From NCBI GenBank assembly GCA_965208125.1, contig OZ242320.1, positions 5,152,001-5,216,000 on the forward strand: DNA of 64,000 nucleotides. Reading direction: 5' to 3'. The DNA comes from Candidatus Latescibacterota bacterium. Lineage in GTDB: Bacteria > Latescibacterota > UBA2968. Shown here in pieces: positions 28,474-39,066 of this stretch; the first letter of the stretch is position 1, and each line of letters opens with the position of its first letter. The notes under the pieces are model-generated. The model saw nothing but the letters and a program-made list of their open reading frames with translations, was not told the DNA's origin and ran no database searches. The position numbers and the translations under genes were made by a program.

Positions 28474-29022
28474 TTAATCTTGATTTTGAAACGGCATACC
28501 CATTTCGTTGAGCAATTCAAAAGCCTCTTCATCGGTAGAGGCCGTGGTGACCAGGGTTACATCAAGGCCGCGAATTTTATCGATCTGATCATAGTCAATT
28601 TCGGGAAAAATAATTTGTTCCTGAATACCGACAGTATAGTTGCCTCGCCCATCAAATGAGCGCATTGAAAGGCCGCGAAAGTCGCGAATACGCGGCACAG
28701 AAAAATTAAAAAATCGATCGAGAAATTCATACATACGAGATCTGCGAAGGGTGACAGCACAGCCAATGGGTACACCCTGCCGCAGCTTAAAATTTGAAAC
28801 GGCTTTTCGCGCCCTGCGAATGGAGGGCCGCTGTCCTGCAATGCGGGTCAAATCTTCAACAGCATTTTCGATGACCCTGGCATTGAGAACGGCTTCACCA
28901 ACACCCATATTTAAGACAACCTTTTCCAATTTGGGCACCTGCATGCGATTTTTATACCCAAACCGCTGGATAAGCGCAGGTACAACTTCATTTTCGTAGT
29001 ATTCTTGTAATCGGGTTGCCAT
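28474..29022 (-). CDS. rplE: 50S ribosomal protein L5
   Basis: 'PRIRDFRGL', 'FDGRGNY', 'IFPEI'. Confidence 0.97.
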   Translation of the reverse strand: MATRLQEYYENEVVPALIQRFGYKNRMQVPKLEKVVLNMGVGEAVLNARVIENAVEDLTRIAGQRPSIRRARKAVSNFKLRQGVPIGCAVTLRRSRMYEFLDRFFNFSVPRIRDFRGLSMRSFDGRGNYTVGIQEQIIFPEIDYDQIDKIRGLDVTLVTTASTDEEAFELLNEMGMPFQNQD

Positions 29023-29032
29023 GTCGTCCTCG

Positions 29033-29353
29033 TTATTCAACTTCGGGAATTTGTTCACCACTTTTTTTCGCAATTCGCACACGCGCCCCGTCTTCAAGGC
29101 GCTGTATGCGAATCCGGGTCCGCTCATCGGTTTGTGAATCGACAATCATGAGATTGGACACATGCAAGGGCGCTTCCTTTTCCACAATGCCGCCTTGCTG
29201 ATTATTGGGATTGGGGCGCGTATGGCGCTTAACATTGTTGATCCCTTCTACCAACACGCGTTCCCTCTTGGGCCACACATTCAAAACACGCCCCCGTTGA
29301 CCAGTATAAACACCGCTTATCACCTCAACATGATCACCCTTGCGAATCCTCAT
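29033..29353 (-). CDS. rplX: 50S ribosomal protein L24
   Basis: KOW motif '[10 protein letters not shown]', '[14 protein letters not shown]'. Confidence 0.96.
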   Translation of the reverse strand: MRIRKGDHVEVISGVYTGQRGRVLNVWPKRERVLVEGINNVKRHTRPNPNNQQGGIVEKEAPLHVSNLMIVDSQTDERTRIRIQRLEDGARVRIAKKSGEQIPEVE

Positions 29354-29376
29354 CTCAACACACTTGCCTTTCTTTT

Positions 29377-29745
29377 TTAAATCACTTCGGGTGCCAAAGA
29401 CACAATGCGCATAAATCGTCTCTCTCGCAACTCGCGGGCGACAGGTCCAAATATGCGCGTCCCCTGGGGTTCGCCTTCTGCACTGATTAAAACAGCGGCA
29501 TTGTCATCAAATCGAATATAGGACCCATCTGCTCTGCGCGTCTCTTTCTTTGTACGGACGATCACGGCACGTGCAACATCACCGCGCTTCACCCCGCTGT
29601 TTGGCTGTGCATCTTTAACTGAAACCACAACAGTATCACCAAGTTTGGCATACTTGCGTTTGGTACCCCCTAAAATGCGAAAGCACATCACCTTTCGGGC
29701 ACCTGTATTATCCGCGCAATTTAATACCGAATATTCCTGGACCAT
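29377..29745 (-). CDS. rplN: 50S ribosomal protein L14
   Basis: 'ADNTGA', 'FDDNAAV', '[12 protein letters not shown]'. Confidence 0.97.
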   Translation of the reverse strand: MVQEYSVLNCADNTGARKVMCFRILGGTKRKYAKLGDTVVVSVKDAQPNSGVKRGDVARAVIVRTKKETRRADGSYIRFDDNAAVLISAEGEPQGTRIFGPVARELRERRFMRIVSLAPEVI

Positions 29746-29756
29746 GTTCTCTCCAC

Positions 29757-30017
29757 CTAATGTGCCTTTTTGATAATTTCCACCAATCGCCAACGTTTGG
29801 TCTTACTCAAAGGCCGCGTTTCAACAACCATCACCTCATCACCTGTTCGGGCTTCATTGTTCTCATCATGTGCTGCCAATTTTGAACGTCTTTGCATAAC
29901 TTTTCCATAAAGCGGGTGTGGCACCTGCCGCCGCACTTCAACGACAATTGTTTTATTAGATTTGTCGCTGACTACCAGCCCTACACGTGTTTTGCGATAC
30001 CTGCGAGTTTCCACCAT
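29757..30017 (-). CDS. rpsQ: 30S ribosomal protein S17
   Basis: 'VVSDK', 'HPLYGK', '[11 protein letters not shown]'. Confidence 0.96.
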   Translation of the reverse strand: MVETRRYRKTRVGLVVSDKSNKTIVVEVRRQVPHPLYGKVMQRRSKLAAHDENNEARTGDEVMVVETRPLSKTKRWRLVEIIKKAH

Positions 30018-30037
30018 ACAGCGATTCTCCTTAAAAA

Positions 30038-30250
30038 TTACGCATTGGGAAGTTCGCGAATACCCAGCTCGTGTTCGCGCAACACGGTTTTTAGCCGAGC
30101 GAGATCCCTACAAGCATCTCGAAACGCAATTGGATTATCAAGCTGACGCGTAGCCAACTGAATGCGAAGATTCACAAGTTCATCTTCCTGTTCAGCAATC
30201 CTTTCCCTTACATCGCTTGCGGTCAAATCTCGAATTTCACTCGGTTTCAT
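30038..30250 (-). CDS. rpmC: 50S ribosomal protein L29
   Basis: 'ELVNLRIQ', 'DLARLKT', operon position. Confidence 0.93.
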   Translation of the reverse strand: MKPSEIRDLTASDVRERIAEQEDELVNLRIQLATRQLDNPIAFRDACRDLARLKTVLREHELGIRELPNA

Positions 30251-30666
30251 TCGTCGTGTCCCCCGCGTTCTACAAAGCGGACTTTAATGGGCAATTTCTG
30301 GCTGGCCAATTTGATTGCGCGTTGCGCGCTTTCGCGTGGCACGCCCTCAATTTCAAACATGATCCGCCCGGGTTTGATGACTGCCACCCAGTATTCGGGA
30401 TTGCCTTTGCCCTTGCCCATACGGGTCTCTGCAGGCTTAACCGTAAGGGGTTTATCTGGAAAAACGCGAATCCAAATTTTTCCACCGCGTCTCAATGACT
30501 TGGAAATCGCCACGCGGGCCGCTTCAATCTGTCTATTGGTAATCCATCCCGGTTCAAGGGCCTGCAAACCGTATTCACCAAAAGAAATATTAGCCCCTCG
30601 AGAGGCCATACCTTTGCGACGCCCCCTCTGCTGCTTTCTCCATTTGACCCGTTTTGGCATTAACAT
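30247..30666 (-). CDS. rplP: 50S ribosomal protein L16
   Basis: '[11 protein letters not shown]', 'ETRMGKGKG'. Confidence 0.97.
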   Translation of the reverse strand: MLMPKRVKWRKQQRGRRKGMASRGANISFGEYGLQALEPGWITNRQIEAARVAISKSLRRGGKIWIRVFPDKPLTVKPAETRMGKGKGNPEYWVAVIKPGRIMFEIEGVPRESAQRAIKLASQKLPIKVRFVERGGHDE

Positions 30667-30689
30667 AATAGCCGCTCCTATCCCGACGC

Positions 30690-31340
30690 TTAAGTTGCCA
30701 GATGGACGTCCTGGCCCATTTTTTCCCCGTGACAGATCCAAACTTTTACCCCTACAGTACCCGAGGTTGTATAAGCAGTAGATCTGGCATAGTCTATGTC
30801 AGCGCGAAGTGTATGGAGTGGAACACGCCCTGCAGGCTCTGATTTTTCAACGCGAGACATTTCCGCTCCACCAAGACGGCCTCCACACACAACTTTAATC
30901 CCTTCAGCCCCCATGCGCACCGCCGAAGCAACGGCTTTTTTCATTGCACGGCGAAATGAGACGCGTTGCTCGAGTTGTCGGGATATATTATCGGCGACGA
31001 GTTGGGCGTTGAGTTCCGGTCGCTTAATTTCGTTAATATTGATATAAATTTCTTTGCCTGTCAGATGCTTTAACTCGTCTCGCAATTTATCGACCTCTGC
31101 GCCTTTACGCCCAATTACAATTCCAGGACGAGCAGTGTGAATCGAAATTGTCACCCGCTTAGGCGCACGCTCAATGTCTATTTGCGCGACGCTTGCTCGC
31201 TGCAGGCGGCTGGTAATATATCGCCTGAGCATGAGGTCTTCTTGAAGCAGGCTGGCAAAATCGCGATTGGCAAACCAGCGGGAGCGCCAATCTTTGACAA
31301 TCCCCAACCTCACTCCGATTGGATGCGTTTTCTGGCCCAA
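30690..31340 (-). CDS. rpsC: 30S ribosomal protein S3
   Basis: 'MGQKTHP', '[10 protein letters not shown]', '[14 protein letters not shown]'. Confidence 0.97.
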   Translation of the reverse strand: MGQKTHPIGVRLGIVKDWRSRWFANRDFASLLQEDLMLRRYITSRLQRASVAQIDIERAPKRVTISIHTARPGIVIGRKGAEVDKLRDELKHLTGKEIYININEIKRPELNAQLVADNISRQLEQRVSFRRAMKKAVASAVRMGAEGIKVVCGGRLGGAEMSRVEKSEPAGRVPLHTLRADIDYARSTAYTTSGTVGVKVWICHGEKMGQDVHLAT

Positions 31341-31349
31341 AGTGATCTC

Positions 31350-31691
31350 CTATTCCTCGTCTGAAACAACCAGCGTGATGTGGCTATATCGCTTGCGAAT
31401 CATGCCGGCAGCACCGCGTGGCTGAGGACGCAATCGCTTTAACGCGATACCACCATCGACAAATGCTTCTTTCACAAAGAGCGCTTCTTCAACCGCGGAT
31501 TCTTCTTCGCGGTTGATCGCATTTGCAACCGCAGATTGCAAGGTGCGCTCTACAATACGCGCGGCCTTTTTAGGTGTAAATTGCAGAATGTGGAAAGCTT
31601 CCTCCACATCTTTACCCCGCACGAGATTAACCACCTGTCGTACCTTGCGCGGTGAAATTCTTGAATAGCGCAATACCGCCCGAGCTTCCAT
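31350..31691 (-). CDS. rplV: 50S ribosomal protein L22
   Basis: 'RISPRKVR', 'SAVANA', 'SHIT'. Confidence 0.96.
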   Translation of the reverse strand: MEARAVLRYSRISPRKVRQVVNLVRGKDVEEAFHILQFTPKKAARIVERTLQSAVANAINREEESAVEEALFVKEAFVDGGIALKRLRPQPRGAAGMIRKRYSHITLVVSDEE

Positions 31692-31713
31692 TTAAAATTC
31701 CCGTCTCAAAAAA

Positions 31714-32004
31714 TCACTGCAAAGAAGTGGCGCGTTCAGTAGATCGCCCCGCGCGCGCTCCCCGATGCGTGCGCGTGGGGGCAAATTCACCGAGTTTGTG
31801 GCCAACCATGTTTTCTGTGATATAAACGGGGATAAATTTATTTCCATTGTGCACAGCAAGCGTATGCCCCACAAACTCTGGCGCGATTGTCGATCGTCGC
31901 GCCCAGGTCTGAATAACCCGCTTATTACCAGTCTTATTCATTTGCTCAATCTTTTTTAAGAGACTCGGCTCAATAAAAGGCCCTTTTTTAATTGACCGTG
32001 CCAT
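31714..32004 (-). CDS. rpsS: 30S ribosomal protein S19
   Basis: '[10 protein letters not shown]', '[13 protein letters not shown]'. Confidence 0.97.
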   Translation of the reverse strand: MARSIKKGPFIEPSLLKKIEQMNKTGNKRVIQTWARRSTIAPEFVGHTLAVHNGNKFIPVYITENMVGHKLGEFAPTRTHRGARAGRSTERATSLQ

Positions 32005-32020
32005 AAAAGAATACTCCTGA

Positions 32021-32845
32021 TTACTTGCGTCTCTGAATGATCATTTGGTCAGATTTATTTTTCTTTTTGCGCGTTTTATATCCTTTTGTGGGTTGGCCCC
32101 AGGGCGTCACCGGATGCCTACCACCTGTTGCTCGGCCTTCTCCACCACCGTGAGGATGGTCAATTGGGTTCATAGCAACACCACGCACTTTTGGACGTTT
32201 GCCTAACCAGCGAGTCCGTCCTGCTTTTCCGACAACGACATTTTCATGCTCTAAATTGCCGACCTGTCCAATGGTCGCATAACACGATACCGAAACCAAC
32301 CGACGTTCGCCAGAAGGCAGACGAAGAGTTGCAAGATTGCCTTCTTTCGCCATCACCTGAATTTCAGCACCTGCCGAGCGACCAATTTGTCCGCCTTTTC
32401 CTGGCTTGAGTTCAACATTGTGCACATTGCTACCCAAAGGAATATTCGCCAGAGGAAGCGCGTTGCCGGGGCGAATCTCTGCATCTGCGCCAGAGGCAAC
32501 CTCATCGCCGACACGTAAGCCAATTGGTGCCAGAATATAGCGTTTTTCGCCATCGACATAATGCAAGAGTGCAATGCGTGCCGATCGATTTGGATCGTAC
32601 TCAATGCTATGCACAATTGCAGGCACACCGACTTTATCGCGCTTGAAATCAATTCGGCGATACATGCGCCGATGCCCGCCACCGCGACGACGGATCGTGA
32701 TACGCCCCCGGTTATTGCGTCCCCCAGATTTTTTATTGGGTTCAATAAGTGATTTCTCAGGTGTATTTTTGGTAATCTCTTCAAAAGAAGAGACTGTCTT
32801 AAATCGCAGCGAAGGCGTTAATGGGCGAAATTTCTTGACGGGCAT
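32021..32845 (-). CDS. rplB: 50S ribosomal protein L2
   Basis: '[12 protein letters not shown]', '[17 protein letters not shown]'. Confidence 0.98.
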   Translation of the reverse strand: MPVKKFRPLTPSLRFKTVSSFEEITKNTPEKSLIEPNKKSGGRNNRGRITIRRRGGGHRRMYRRIDFKRDKVGVPAIVHSIEYDPNRSARIALLHYVDGEKRYILAPIGLRVGDEVASGADAEIRPGNALPLANIPLGSNVHNVELKPGKGGQIGRSAGAEIQVMAKEGNLATLRLPSGERRLVSVSCYATIGQVGNLEHENVVVGKAGRTRWLGKRPKVRGVAMNPIDHPHGGGEGRATGGRHPVTPWGQPTKGYKTRKKKNKSDQMIIQRRK

Positions 32846-32850
32846 GAGAT

Positions 32851-33138
32851 TTATCCTTCAAAAAAGTCGATACTGTATCCATCGGCCAGGGTGACAACAG
32901 CCTTTTTCCAGTTGGAACGGCGTCCCTGAAACCGTCCAAGTCGCTTGATCTTACCATGCACTGTGCTCGTATTGACCTTTACAACCTCGACCTCAAACAT
33001 AGCTTCAACCGCACGCTGAATATCGACTTTGTTTGCACTACGGAGAACTTCAAATACATATTTATTCTGACTTTCCTGCAAATTAGAAGCCCGTTCTGTA
33101 ATAACGGGACGCCGAATAATCTGCATAGAATTTTTCAC
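32851..33138 (-). CDS. rplW: 50S ribosomal protein L23
   Basis: 'RPVITE', 'ANKVDI', 'WKKAVVTL'; GTG start overlapping the rplD stop. Confidence 0.95.
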   Translation of the reverse strand: MKNSMQIIRRPVITERASNLQESQNKYVFEVLRSANKVDIQRAVEAMFEVEVVKVNTSTVHGKIKRLGRFQGRRSNWKKAVVTLADGYSIDFFEG

Positions 33139-33767
33139 GAGGCCCCCCACAGAGCACGAATGCGAGACACTGCACCGCATGTGAGAACCAGAACATCGGC
33201 ATTGACCACATCATAAGTTGAAACTTGTGAAACGGGTAATACGGAAAGTCTGGGAATATTTCGACAGGATTTGACGGTATTTTCAGCAATACCATCTGTC
33301 AAAAGCAATATCTTTTGCCCCTGAATTTCAAGCATTTGTGTCATTTGTGCCATTCGCTTTGTCTTGGGTTCCTCAAGCTCAAAATCTTCCAGAACAGATA
33401 TAGCTTTGCCGAGTGCTTTTTGCGAAAATGCCGAGCGTATGGCCAGTTTCTTGACTTTTTTAGGCACCCGTTCCAGAAAATATCTCGGTCTGGGACCATG
33501 GGCTATCCCACCACCGATCAAAATAGGCGATCCAGCAGTTCCCTTACGAGCACGACCTGTACCTTTTTGTCGGTACATCTTCCGTTTTGACCGATTGACT
33601 TCTGAGCGGGTTTTTGTCGAGGCATTGCCTTGCCGCTGATTGGTCAAATACGCTTTAACAACATAATAGATCGCGTCAGCCGATGGTTCAATTCCAAAAA
33701 CTGTCTCGGGTAACTCCACCGATCCAACTTCTTCACCTTCAAGATTGCAAACCTCAACAGATGCCAT
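33135..33767 (-). CDS. rplD: 50S ribosomal protein L4
   Basis: 'RQGNASTKTRSEV', 'RQKGTGRAR'. Confidence 0.96.
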   Translation of the reverse strand: MASVEVCNLEGEEVGSVELPETVFGIEPSADAIYYVVKAYLTNQRQGNASTKTRSEVNRSKRKMYRQKGTGRARKGTAGSPILIGGGIAHGPRPRYFLERVPKKVKKLAIRSAFSQKALGKAISVLEDFELEEPKTKRMAQMTQMLEIQGQKILLLTDGIAENTVKSCRNIPRLSVLPVSQVSTYDVVNADVLVLTCGAVSRIRALWGAS

Positions 33768-33784
33768 AATCGCCTTACCTCAAA

Positions 33785-34408
33785 TCAGTTGCGTTTCTCA
33801 ATAACAACCGTAGCCCCTTTACTGCCTGGCACGGCACCTTTTACGAGGAGCAAATTTTGCTCGGTATCAACACTCACGACCTTTAAGCCTCGCACCGTTA
33901 CCCGCTGGTCACCCATATGACCTGCCATGCGCATCCCCTTAAACACCCGCGAAGGATTCGAACTTTGACCTATTGAACCAGGCGCGCGATGTCGATCTGA
34001 TTGTCCATGGGTTTTGGGGCCACCTCTGAATCCGTGACGCTTAACACCCCCCTGGAATCCACGGCCTTTTGATCGCGCCGTAACATCGACAACTTCGCCT
34101 ACTTCAAACATGCTGACATTAAGTATCTCACCTATAGCATATTCGGAGACATCATCAACTCGAAATTCCACAAGGCCTCGATGGGGATTAACACCTGCCT
34201 TCTTGAAAATCCCTTGATCTGCGCGGTTTAGCCGATTGGATCGAATCTCATCATACCCAACCCTCAATGCCATATACCCATCCGAATCCCAATTTTTGAT
34301 CTGAACAATGGGACACGGAACAACTTCGAGAACTGTGACAGGCGTCAACATTTCTGCGTCATCAAATGCCTGTGTCATACCGATTTTTTTTCCAATCAAT
34401 CCCAGCAC
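33785..34408 (-). CDS. rplC: 50S ribosomal protein L3
   Basis: 'GKKIGMTQ', 'KGRGFQG', 'HRAPGSIG'. Confidence 0.97.
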   Translation of the reverse strand: MLGLIGKKIGMTQAFDDAEMLTPVTVLEVVPCPIVQIKNWDSDGYMALRVGYDEIRSNRLNRADQGIFKKAGVNPHRGLVEFRVDDVSEYAIGEILNVSMFEVGEVVDVTARSKGRGFQGGVKRHGFRGGPKTHGQSDRHRAPGSIGQSSNPSRVFKGMRMAGHMGDQRVTVRGLKVVSVDTEQNLLLVKGAVPGSKGATVVIEKRN

Positions 34409-34410
34409 GA

Positions 34411-34719
34411 CTACACCTTGATTTCAATATCAATACCCGCAGGCAGGTCCAACTTCATCAGAGCATCTACCGTTTGGGGCGTTGAGTTGTGAATGTCAAT
34501 CAGCCTTTTGTGTACGCGCATCTCAAACTGCTCACGCGATTTTTTATCGACATGAGGAGATCGCAATACCGTATAGAGAGAGCGCCTCGTCGGCAGAGGA
34601 ATGGGGCCTGAAATAAGCGCCCCAGTCCGTTTTGCTGTCCGAACAATTTCTTCAGCGGAACGATCCAGCGCATTGTGGTTGTATGCTTTTAGTCTAATTC
34701 TAATTTTTTGTGCAGGCAC
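34411..34719 (-). CDS. rpsJ: 30S ribosomal protein S10
   Basis: 'IRIRLKAY', 'GPIPLPT', '[13 protein letters not shown]'. Confidence 0.97.
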   Translation of the reverse strand: MPAQKIRIRLKAYNHNALDRSAEEIVRTAKRTGALISGPIPLPTRRSLYTVLRSPHVDKKSREQFEMRVHKRLIDIHNSTPQTVDALMKLDLPAGIDIEIKV

Positions 34720-34739
34720 AGGGCATCCCTTTGCGGTTC

Positions 34740-35933
34740 TTATTCAACAATTTCAGTAATCACACCCGAGCCAATGGTTCGACCACCTTCCCGCACGGCA
34801 AATCGCAGTTCGGTCTCCATAGCAATTGGCGTAAGCAGTTCCACAGACATAGTCACATTATCGCCGGGCATCACCATTTCTACGCCCTCGGGCAACTCTA
34901 CTTTGCCAGTCACATCTGTGGTGCGGAAATAGAACTGAGGTTGATAGCCAGTAAAGAAAGGTTTACTCCGCCCACCCTCTTTGTCCGTCAACACATAAAC
35001 TTCGCCTTTAAACTTTTTATGGGGGGTCACTGAGCCCGGCTTAGCAATTACCATGCCGCGTTCAATCTCATCTTTGTCAACGCCGCGAAGCAACAAACCG
35101 ACATTGTCACCAGCCCTGCCCTCATCGAGCAGTTTGCGGAACATTTCCACACCGGTAACTGTTGTTTTGCGACTCTCGCGAATACCCACAATCTCAACTT
35201 CCTCATTGACATTGACTACACCGCGTTCAATGCGACCAGTACCCACTGTACCGCGACCAGTAATCGTAAAGACGTCCTCAACCGGCATCAAAAAATCTTT
35301 GTCAATCTCACGCACAGGCTCCGGAATATTTTCGTCTACTGCTTCCATCAACTCCCAGATACAGGCACAATCTTCGGAATCGGGATCGTCAGACTCCAAA
35401 GCTTTGAGAGCAGATCCCTGAATCACTGGCACATCATCACCGGGAAAATCGTATTGATCCAACAACTCGCGGACTTCCAGATCGACCAGTTCGAGCAATT
35501 CTTCATCATCGACCATATCGACTTTATTCATAAATACCACGATAGAAGGCACATTGACCTGGCGTGAAAGCAGAATATGCTCGCGGGTCTGAATCATGGG
35601 ACCATCTGCAGCACTAACGACCAGAATCGCGCCATCCATCTGCGCGGCACCCGTGATCATGTTCTTCACATAGTCAGCATGCCCGGGACAATCTACGTGG
35701 GCATAGTGCCGATTTTCTGTTTGGTACTCCACATGGGCCGTATTAATGGTGATTCCACGCTCTTTTTCTTCGGGTGCTTTGTCAATGTCGTCAAAAGGCA
35801 TATAATCGGCAAGCCCCTTGGCTGCCAGCGTCTTGGTAATAGCGGCAGTCAGCGTGGTTTTGCCGTGATCGACATGCCCAATTGTGCCGATGTTGACATG
35901 GGGTTTGTCCCGTTCAAATTTTTCCTTCGCCAT
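34740..35933 (-). CDS. tuf: Elongation factor Tu
   Basis: [33 protein letters not shown]. Confidence 0.98.
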   Translation of the reverse strand: MAKEKFERDKPHVNIGTIGHVDHGKTTLTAAITKTLAAKGLADYMPFDDIDKAPEEKERGITINTAHVEYQTENRHYAHVDCPGHADYVKNMITGAAQMDGAILVVSAADGPMIQTREHILLSRQVNVPSIVVFMNKVDMVDDEELLELVDLEVRELLDQYDFPGDDVPVIQGSALKALESDDPDSEDCACIWELMEAVDENIPEPVREIDKDFLMPVEDVFTITGRGTVGTGRIERGVVNVNEEVEIVGIRESRKTTVTGVEMFRKLLDEGRAGDNVGLLLRGVDKDEIERGMVIAKPGSVTPHKKFKGEVYVLTDKEGGRSKPFFTGYQPQFYFRTTDVTGKVELPEGVEMVMPGDNVTMSVELLTPIAMETELRFAVREGGRTIGSGVITEIVE

Positions 35934-35978
35934 GTTTTCCTCCTGAAAAGATCGAACGAAATAAAAAAACGCGTTCGC

Positions 35979-38072
35979 TTACGTTGCAAATACATTGACT
36001 GAAGAGAGAATGTCTTCAGCGATGCTCTGCGGCATTTCCTCAAATTTGGAAAATTCCATTGAATAAATCGCACGGCCCTGTGTGATAGACCGCAACTTTG
36101 TTGCATAACCAAACATTTCACTCAGCGGCACAGTAGCCGAGATAACCTGTGCATCGGGGCGGTTGACAATGCCTACAATATGCCCTCGACGCGCATTCAG
36201 GTCACCTATAACATCGCCCATATAGTCTTCAGGCACAACGACTTCCACATCAAAAACAGGTTCCATAAGATAAGTTTTAGCCCGTCTGGCAGCCTCTTGA
36301 AAAGCCATTGAACCTGCAATCTTGAAGGCTATTTCAGAAGAATCAACATCGTGGTAGGAACCGTCAAACAGTTCGACTTTGACATCATCTATTGGATACC
36401 CAGCCAAGACCCCACCTGTCATTGCCTCCTGAATTCCCGCGCGCACGGCAGGAATATATTCAGACGGAATTGCACCACCTGTAATTTTGTTTTCAAAAAC
36501 AAGTCCTGTACCGGGTTTACCAGGTTCCAGGTTGATAACCACATGACCGTATTGTCCTCGACCGCCACTTTGGCGGACAAAGCGCCCGTGAATATTTTGA
36601 ACGGCATTGCGGAGGGCCTCTTTGTAAGTGACCTGTGGTTTGCCAACATTGGCCTCAACCCTGAATTCGCGTTTGAGACGATCCACAATAATCTCCAGGT
36701 GCAATTCACCCATACCTGAAATAATGGTCTGTCCGGTGTCAGGATCAATAGCTACGTGAAAAGTCGGGTCTTCTTCGGTTAGCTTGCTTAATGCAATGCC
36801 AAGTTGATCCTGATCAGCCTTGGTTTTTGGCTCAATTGCCACAGAAATTACGGGCTTGGCAAACTCCATTGCTTCCAATATCACAGGCTCTTTTGCATCG
36901 CACAGCGTCTCTCCTGTTGCCGTGTCTTTTAGCCCAACAACAGCTGCGATATCACCCGCAGATACCGCATCGATCTCTTCCCGCTTATCTGCGTGCATTT
37001 GCAACATACGTCCGATGCGCTCGCGTTTGCCCTTGTTGGCATTGAGAACATAAGAACCTTTATTTAACTGACCTGAATATACGCGGAAGTAAGTCAACCG
37101 CCCAACATAAGGATCTGTCATCACCTTAAAAGCCAAAGCAGCAAAAGGTACTTCGTCGGAAACCGGACGAGAAACCCCAATGTCGAAATTTTTGAGATCG
37201 TGCCCCATAATTTCAGGCACATCGCGAGGCGAGGGCAAATATGCGACAATAGCATCTAACAAGCGCTGCACGCCTTTATTTTTAAATGCCGACCCACAAA
37301 GCACAGGTAAGGCAGCCCCGTTGATTACAGCCTGGCGCAAAGCAGCTTTAATCTCTCCCTCGCTGATATCTTCACCTTCGAGAAATTTTTCCATCAAAGT
37401 GTCGTCAAAATCGGATACAGCTTCCAGCAATTGCTCGCGGCCTTCATAGGCGCGTTCTGCCAGATCGTTTGGGATACTATCTTCCGTAAACAGGGTGCCT
37501 AAAGAATCATCCTCGTAGGTCACGAGTTTCATCTTGATCAAATCAATCAAGCCCGTAAACATCTCCCCAGCCCCCACAGGCAACTGAACGGGAACAAAAT
37601 TGGCCCCCAATCTTTCACGCATCATTTCTACTACGCGGTCAAAATCGGCACCCGTGCGATCCATTTTGTTGACAAAAGCAATCCGAGGGACGGAATATTT
37701 ATCAGCCTGACGCCAGACAGTTTCCGATTGGGGTTCAACGCCTCCAACTGCGCAAAACAGCCCTACAGCACCATCTAAAACGCGCAACGATCGCTCGACT
37801 TCGGCAGTAAAATCAACATGTCCTGGCGTATCGATAATATTGATGCGGTGGTCATCCCAAAAACACGTTGTAGCCGCCGACGTAATAGTAATGCCGCGCT
37901 CGCGCTCTTGAGCCATCCAGTCCATGGTGGCAGCACCATCGTGGACCTCACCCATCCTGCGCAAAATACCTGTATAATAGAGAATGCGCTCGGTTGTGGT
38001 GGTTTTGCCTGCGTCAATGTGCGCCATAATCCCAATATTGCGGGTGCGCTCTAAGTCGTATTTTTTTGCCAT
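35979..38072 (-). CDS. fusA: Elongation factor G
   Basis: [33 protein letters not shown]. Confidence 0.98.
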   Translation of the reverse strand: MAKKYDLERTRNIGIMAHIDAGKTTTTERILYYTGILRRMGEVHDGAATMDWMAQERERGITITSAATTCFWDDHRINIIDTPGHVDFTAEVERSLRVLDGAVGLFCAVGGVEPQSETVWRQADKYSVPRIAFVNKMDRTGADFDRVVEMMRERLGANFVPVQLPVGAGEMFTGLIDLIKMKLVTYEDDSLGTLFTEDSIPNDLAERAYEGREQLLEAVSDFDDTLMEKFLEGEDISEGEIKAALRQAVINGAALPVLCGSAFKNKGVQRLLDAIVAYLPSPRDVPEIMGHDLKNFDIGVSRPVSDEVPFAALAFKVMTDPYVGRLTYFRVYSGQLNKGSYVLNANKGKRERIGRMLQMHADKREEIDAVSAGDIAAVVGLKDTATGETLCDAKEPVILEAMEFAKPVISVAIEPKTKADQDQLGIALSKLTEEDPTFHVAIDPDTGQTIISGMGELHLEIIVDRLKREFRVEANVGKPQVTYKEALRNAVQNIHGRFVRQSGGRGQYGHVVINLEPGKPGTGLVFENKITGGAIPSEYIPAVRAGIQEAMTGGVLAGYPIDDVKVELFDGSYHDVDSSEIAFKIAGSMAFQEAARRAKTYLMEPVFDVEVVVPEDYMGDVIGDLNARRGHIVGIVNRPDAQVISATVPLSEMFGYATKLRSITQGRAIYSMEFSKFEEMPQSIAEDILSSVNVFAT

Positions 38073-38081
38073 CTTATTCAC

Positions 38082-38549
38082 TTACCAGCGATAATGCGCA
38101 AATGCGCGATTGGCTTCTGCCATGCGATGCGTTTCTTCACGTCGTTGCATTGCACGTCCTTGTCCGTTTGCTGCATCCATAAATTCACCGGCCAAACGCT
38201 GAGCCATTGTCTTTTCGCCTCGTTCCCTGGCAAATAAAATCAACCAGCGAATAGACAGCGCAAGACGCTCATCGGGACGGACTTCTTCTGGCACCTGGTA
38301 AGTCGCACCACCGACGCGGCGCGACCTCACCTTGACAACCGGTTTGACATTGTCAAGTGCTTTTTCAAAAATCTCTAAACCGGAATTTCCACTTCGCGCT
38401 TCAACCAGATCAAGTGCCTCGTAAAAAATTCGTTCACCCACACTCTTTTTGCCCTTGCGAAACAAGCAGTTGACAAAACGCGTCACCAACAGACTGCTGT
38501 ATTTGGGATCTGGAGCCAGATGTCGTTTTTCCGCTCGCCGTTTTCGCAT
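38082..38549 (-). CDS. rpsG: 30S ribosomal protein S7
   Basis: '[12 protein letters not shown]', '[13 protein letters not shown]'. Confidence 0.97.
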   Translation of the reverse strand: MRKRRAEKRHLAPDPKYSSLLVTRFVNCLFRKGKKSVGERIFYEALDLVEARSGNSGLEIFEKALDNVKPVVKVRSRRVGGATYQVPEEVRPDERLALSIRWLILFARERGEKTMAQRLAGEFMDAANGQGRAMQRREETHRMAEANRAFAHYRW

Positions 38550-38635
38550 ATCGGGATATACCTTCTTTTTACAATAAGGGGGATACACCACCAAGGTGGT
38601 ATCCCCCATGTTTATCAAATAACAGGCACTTGAGA

Positions 38636-39007
38636 TTAACCCGCTTTTTTTGTGCCGTATTTGGAACGACCCTGTTTGCGGTCTTCCACGCCAGTTGTGT
38701 CGAGTACGCCCCGAAGAATGTGATACCGAACCGAAGGAAGGTCCTTGACGCGACCGCCCCGAATGAGTACCACAGAGTGCTCCATGAGATTGTGTCCTTC
38801 ACCCGGAATATAGGCTGTTACTTCAAGACCATTCGTCAACCTGACACGCGCTACTTTGCGCAGAGCTGAATTGGGCTTTTTGGGCGTTGTGGTATAGACG
38901 CGTGTACAAACACCGCGTTTTTGAGGACAGGCTCTCAAAGCGGGTGCAGAAGAACGCTTGCGCTTGGCTTTTCGCCCCTTCCGAACCAGTTGATTAATTG
39001 TGGGCAA
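38636..39007 (-). CDS. rpsL: 30S ribosomal protein S12
   Basis: 'PTINQLVR', '[11 protein letters not shown]'; TTG start after GGAGG. Confidence 0.97.
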   Translation of the reverse strand: MPTINQLVRKGRKAKRKRSSAPALRACPQKRGVCTRVYTTTPKKPNSALRKVARVRLTNGLEVTAYIPGEGHNLMEHSVVLIRGGRVKDLPSVRYHILRGVLDTTGVEDRKQGRSKYGTKKAG

Positions 39008-39066
39008 CTCAACCTCCGTAAATAAATTATGGGAGACTTGTAATATACCTGGTGCAATGATAGCTG

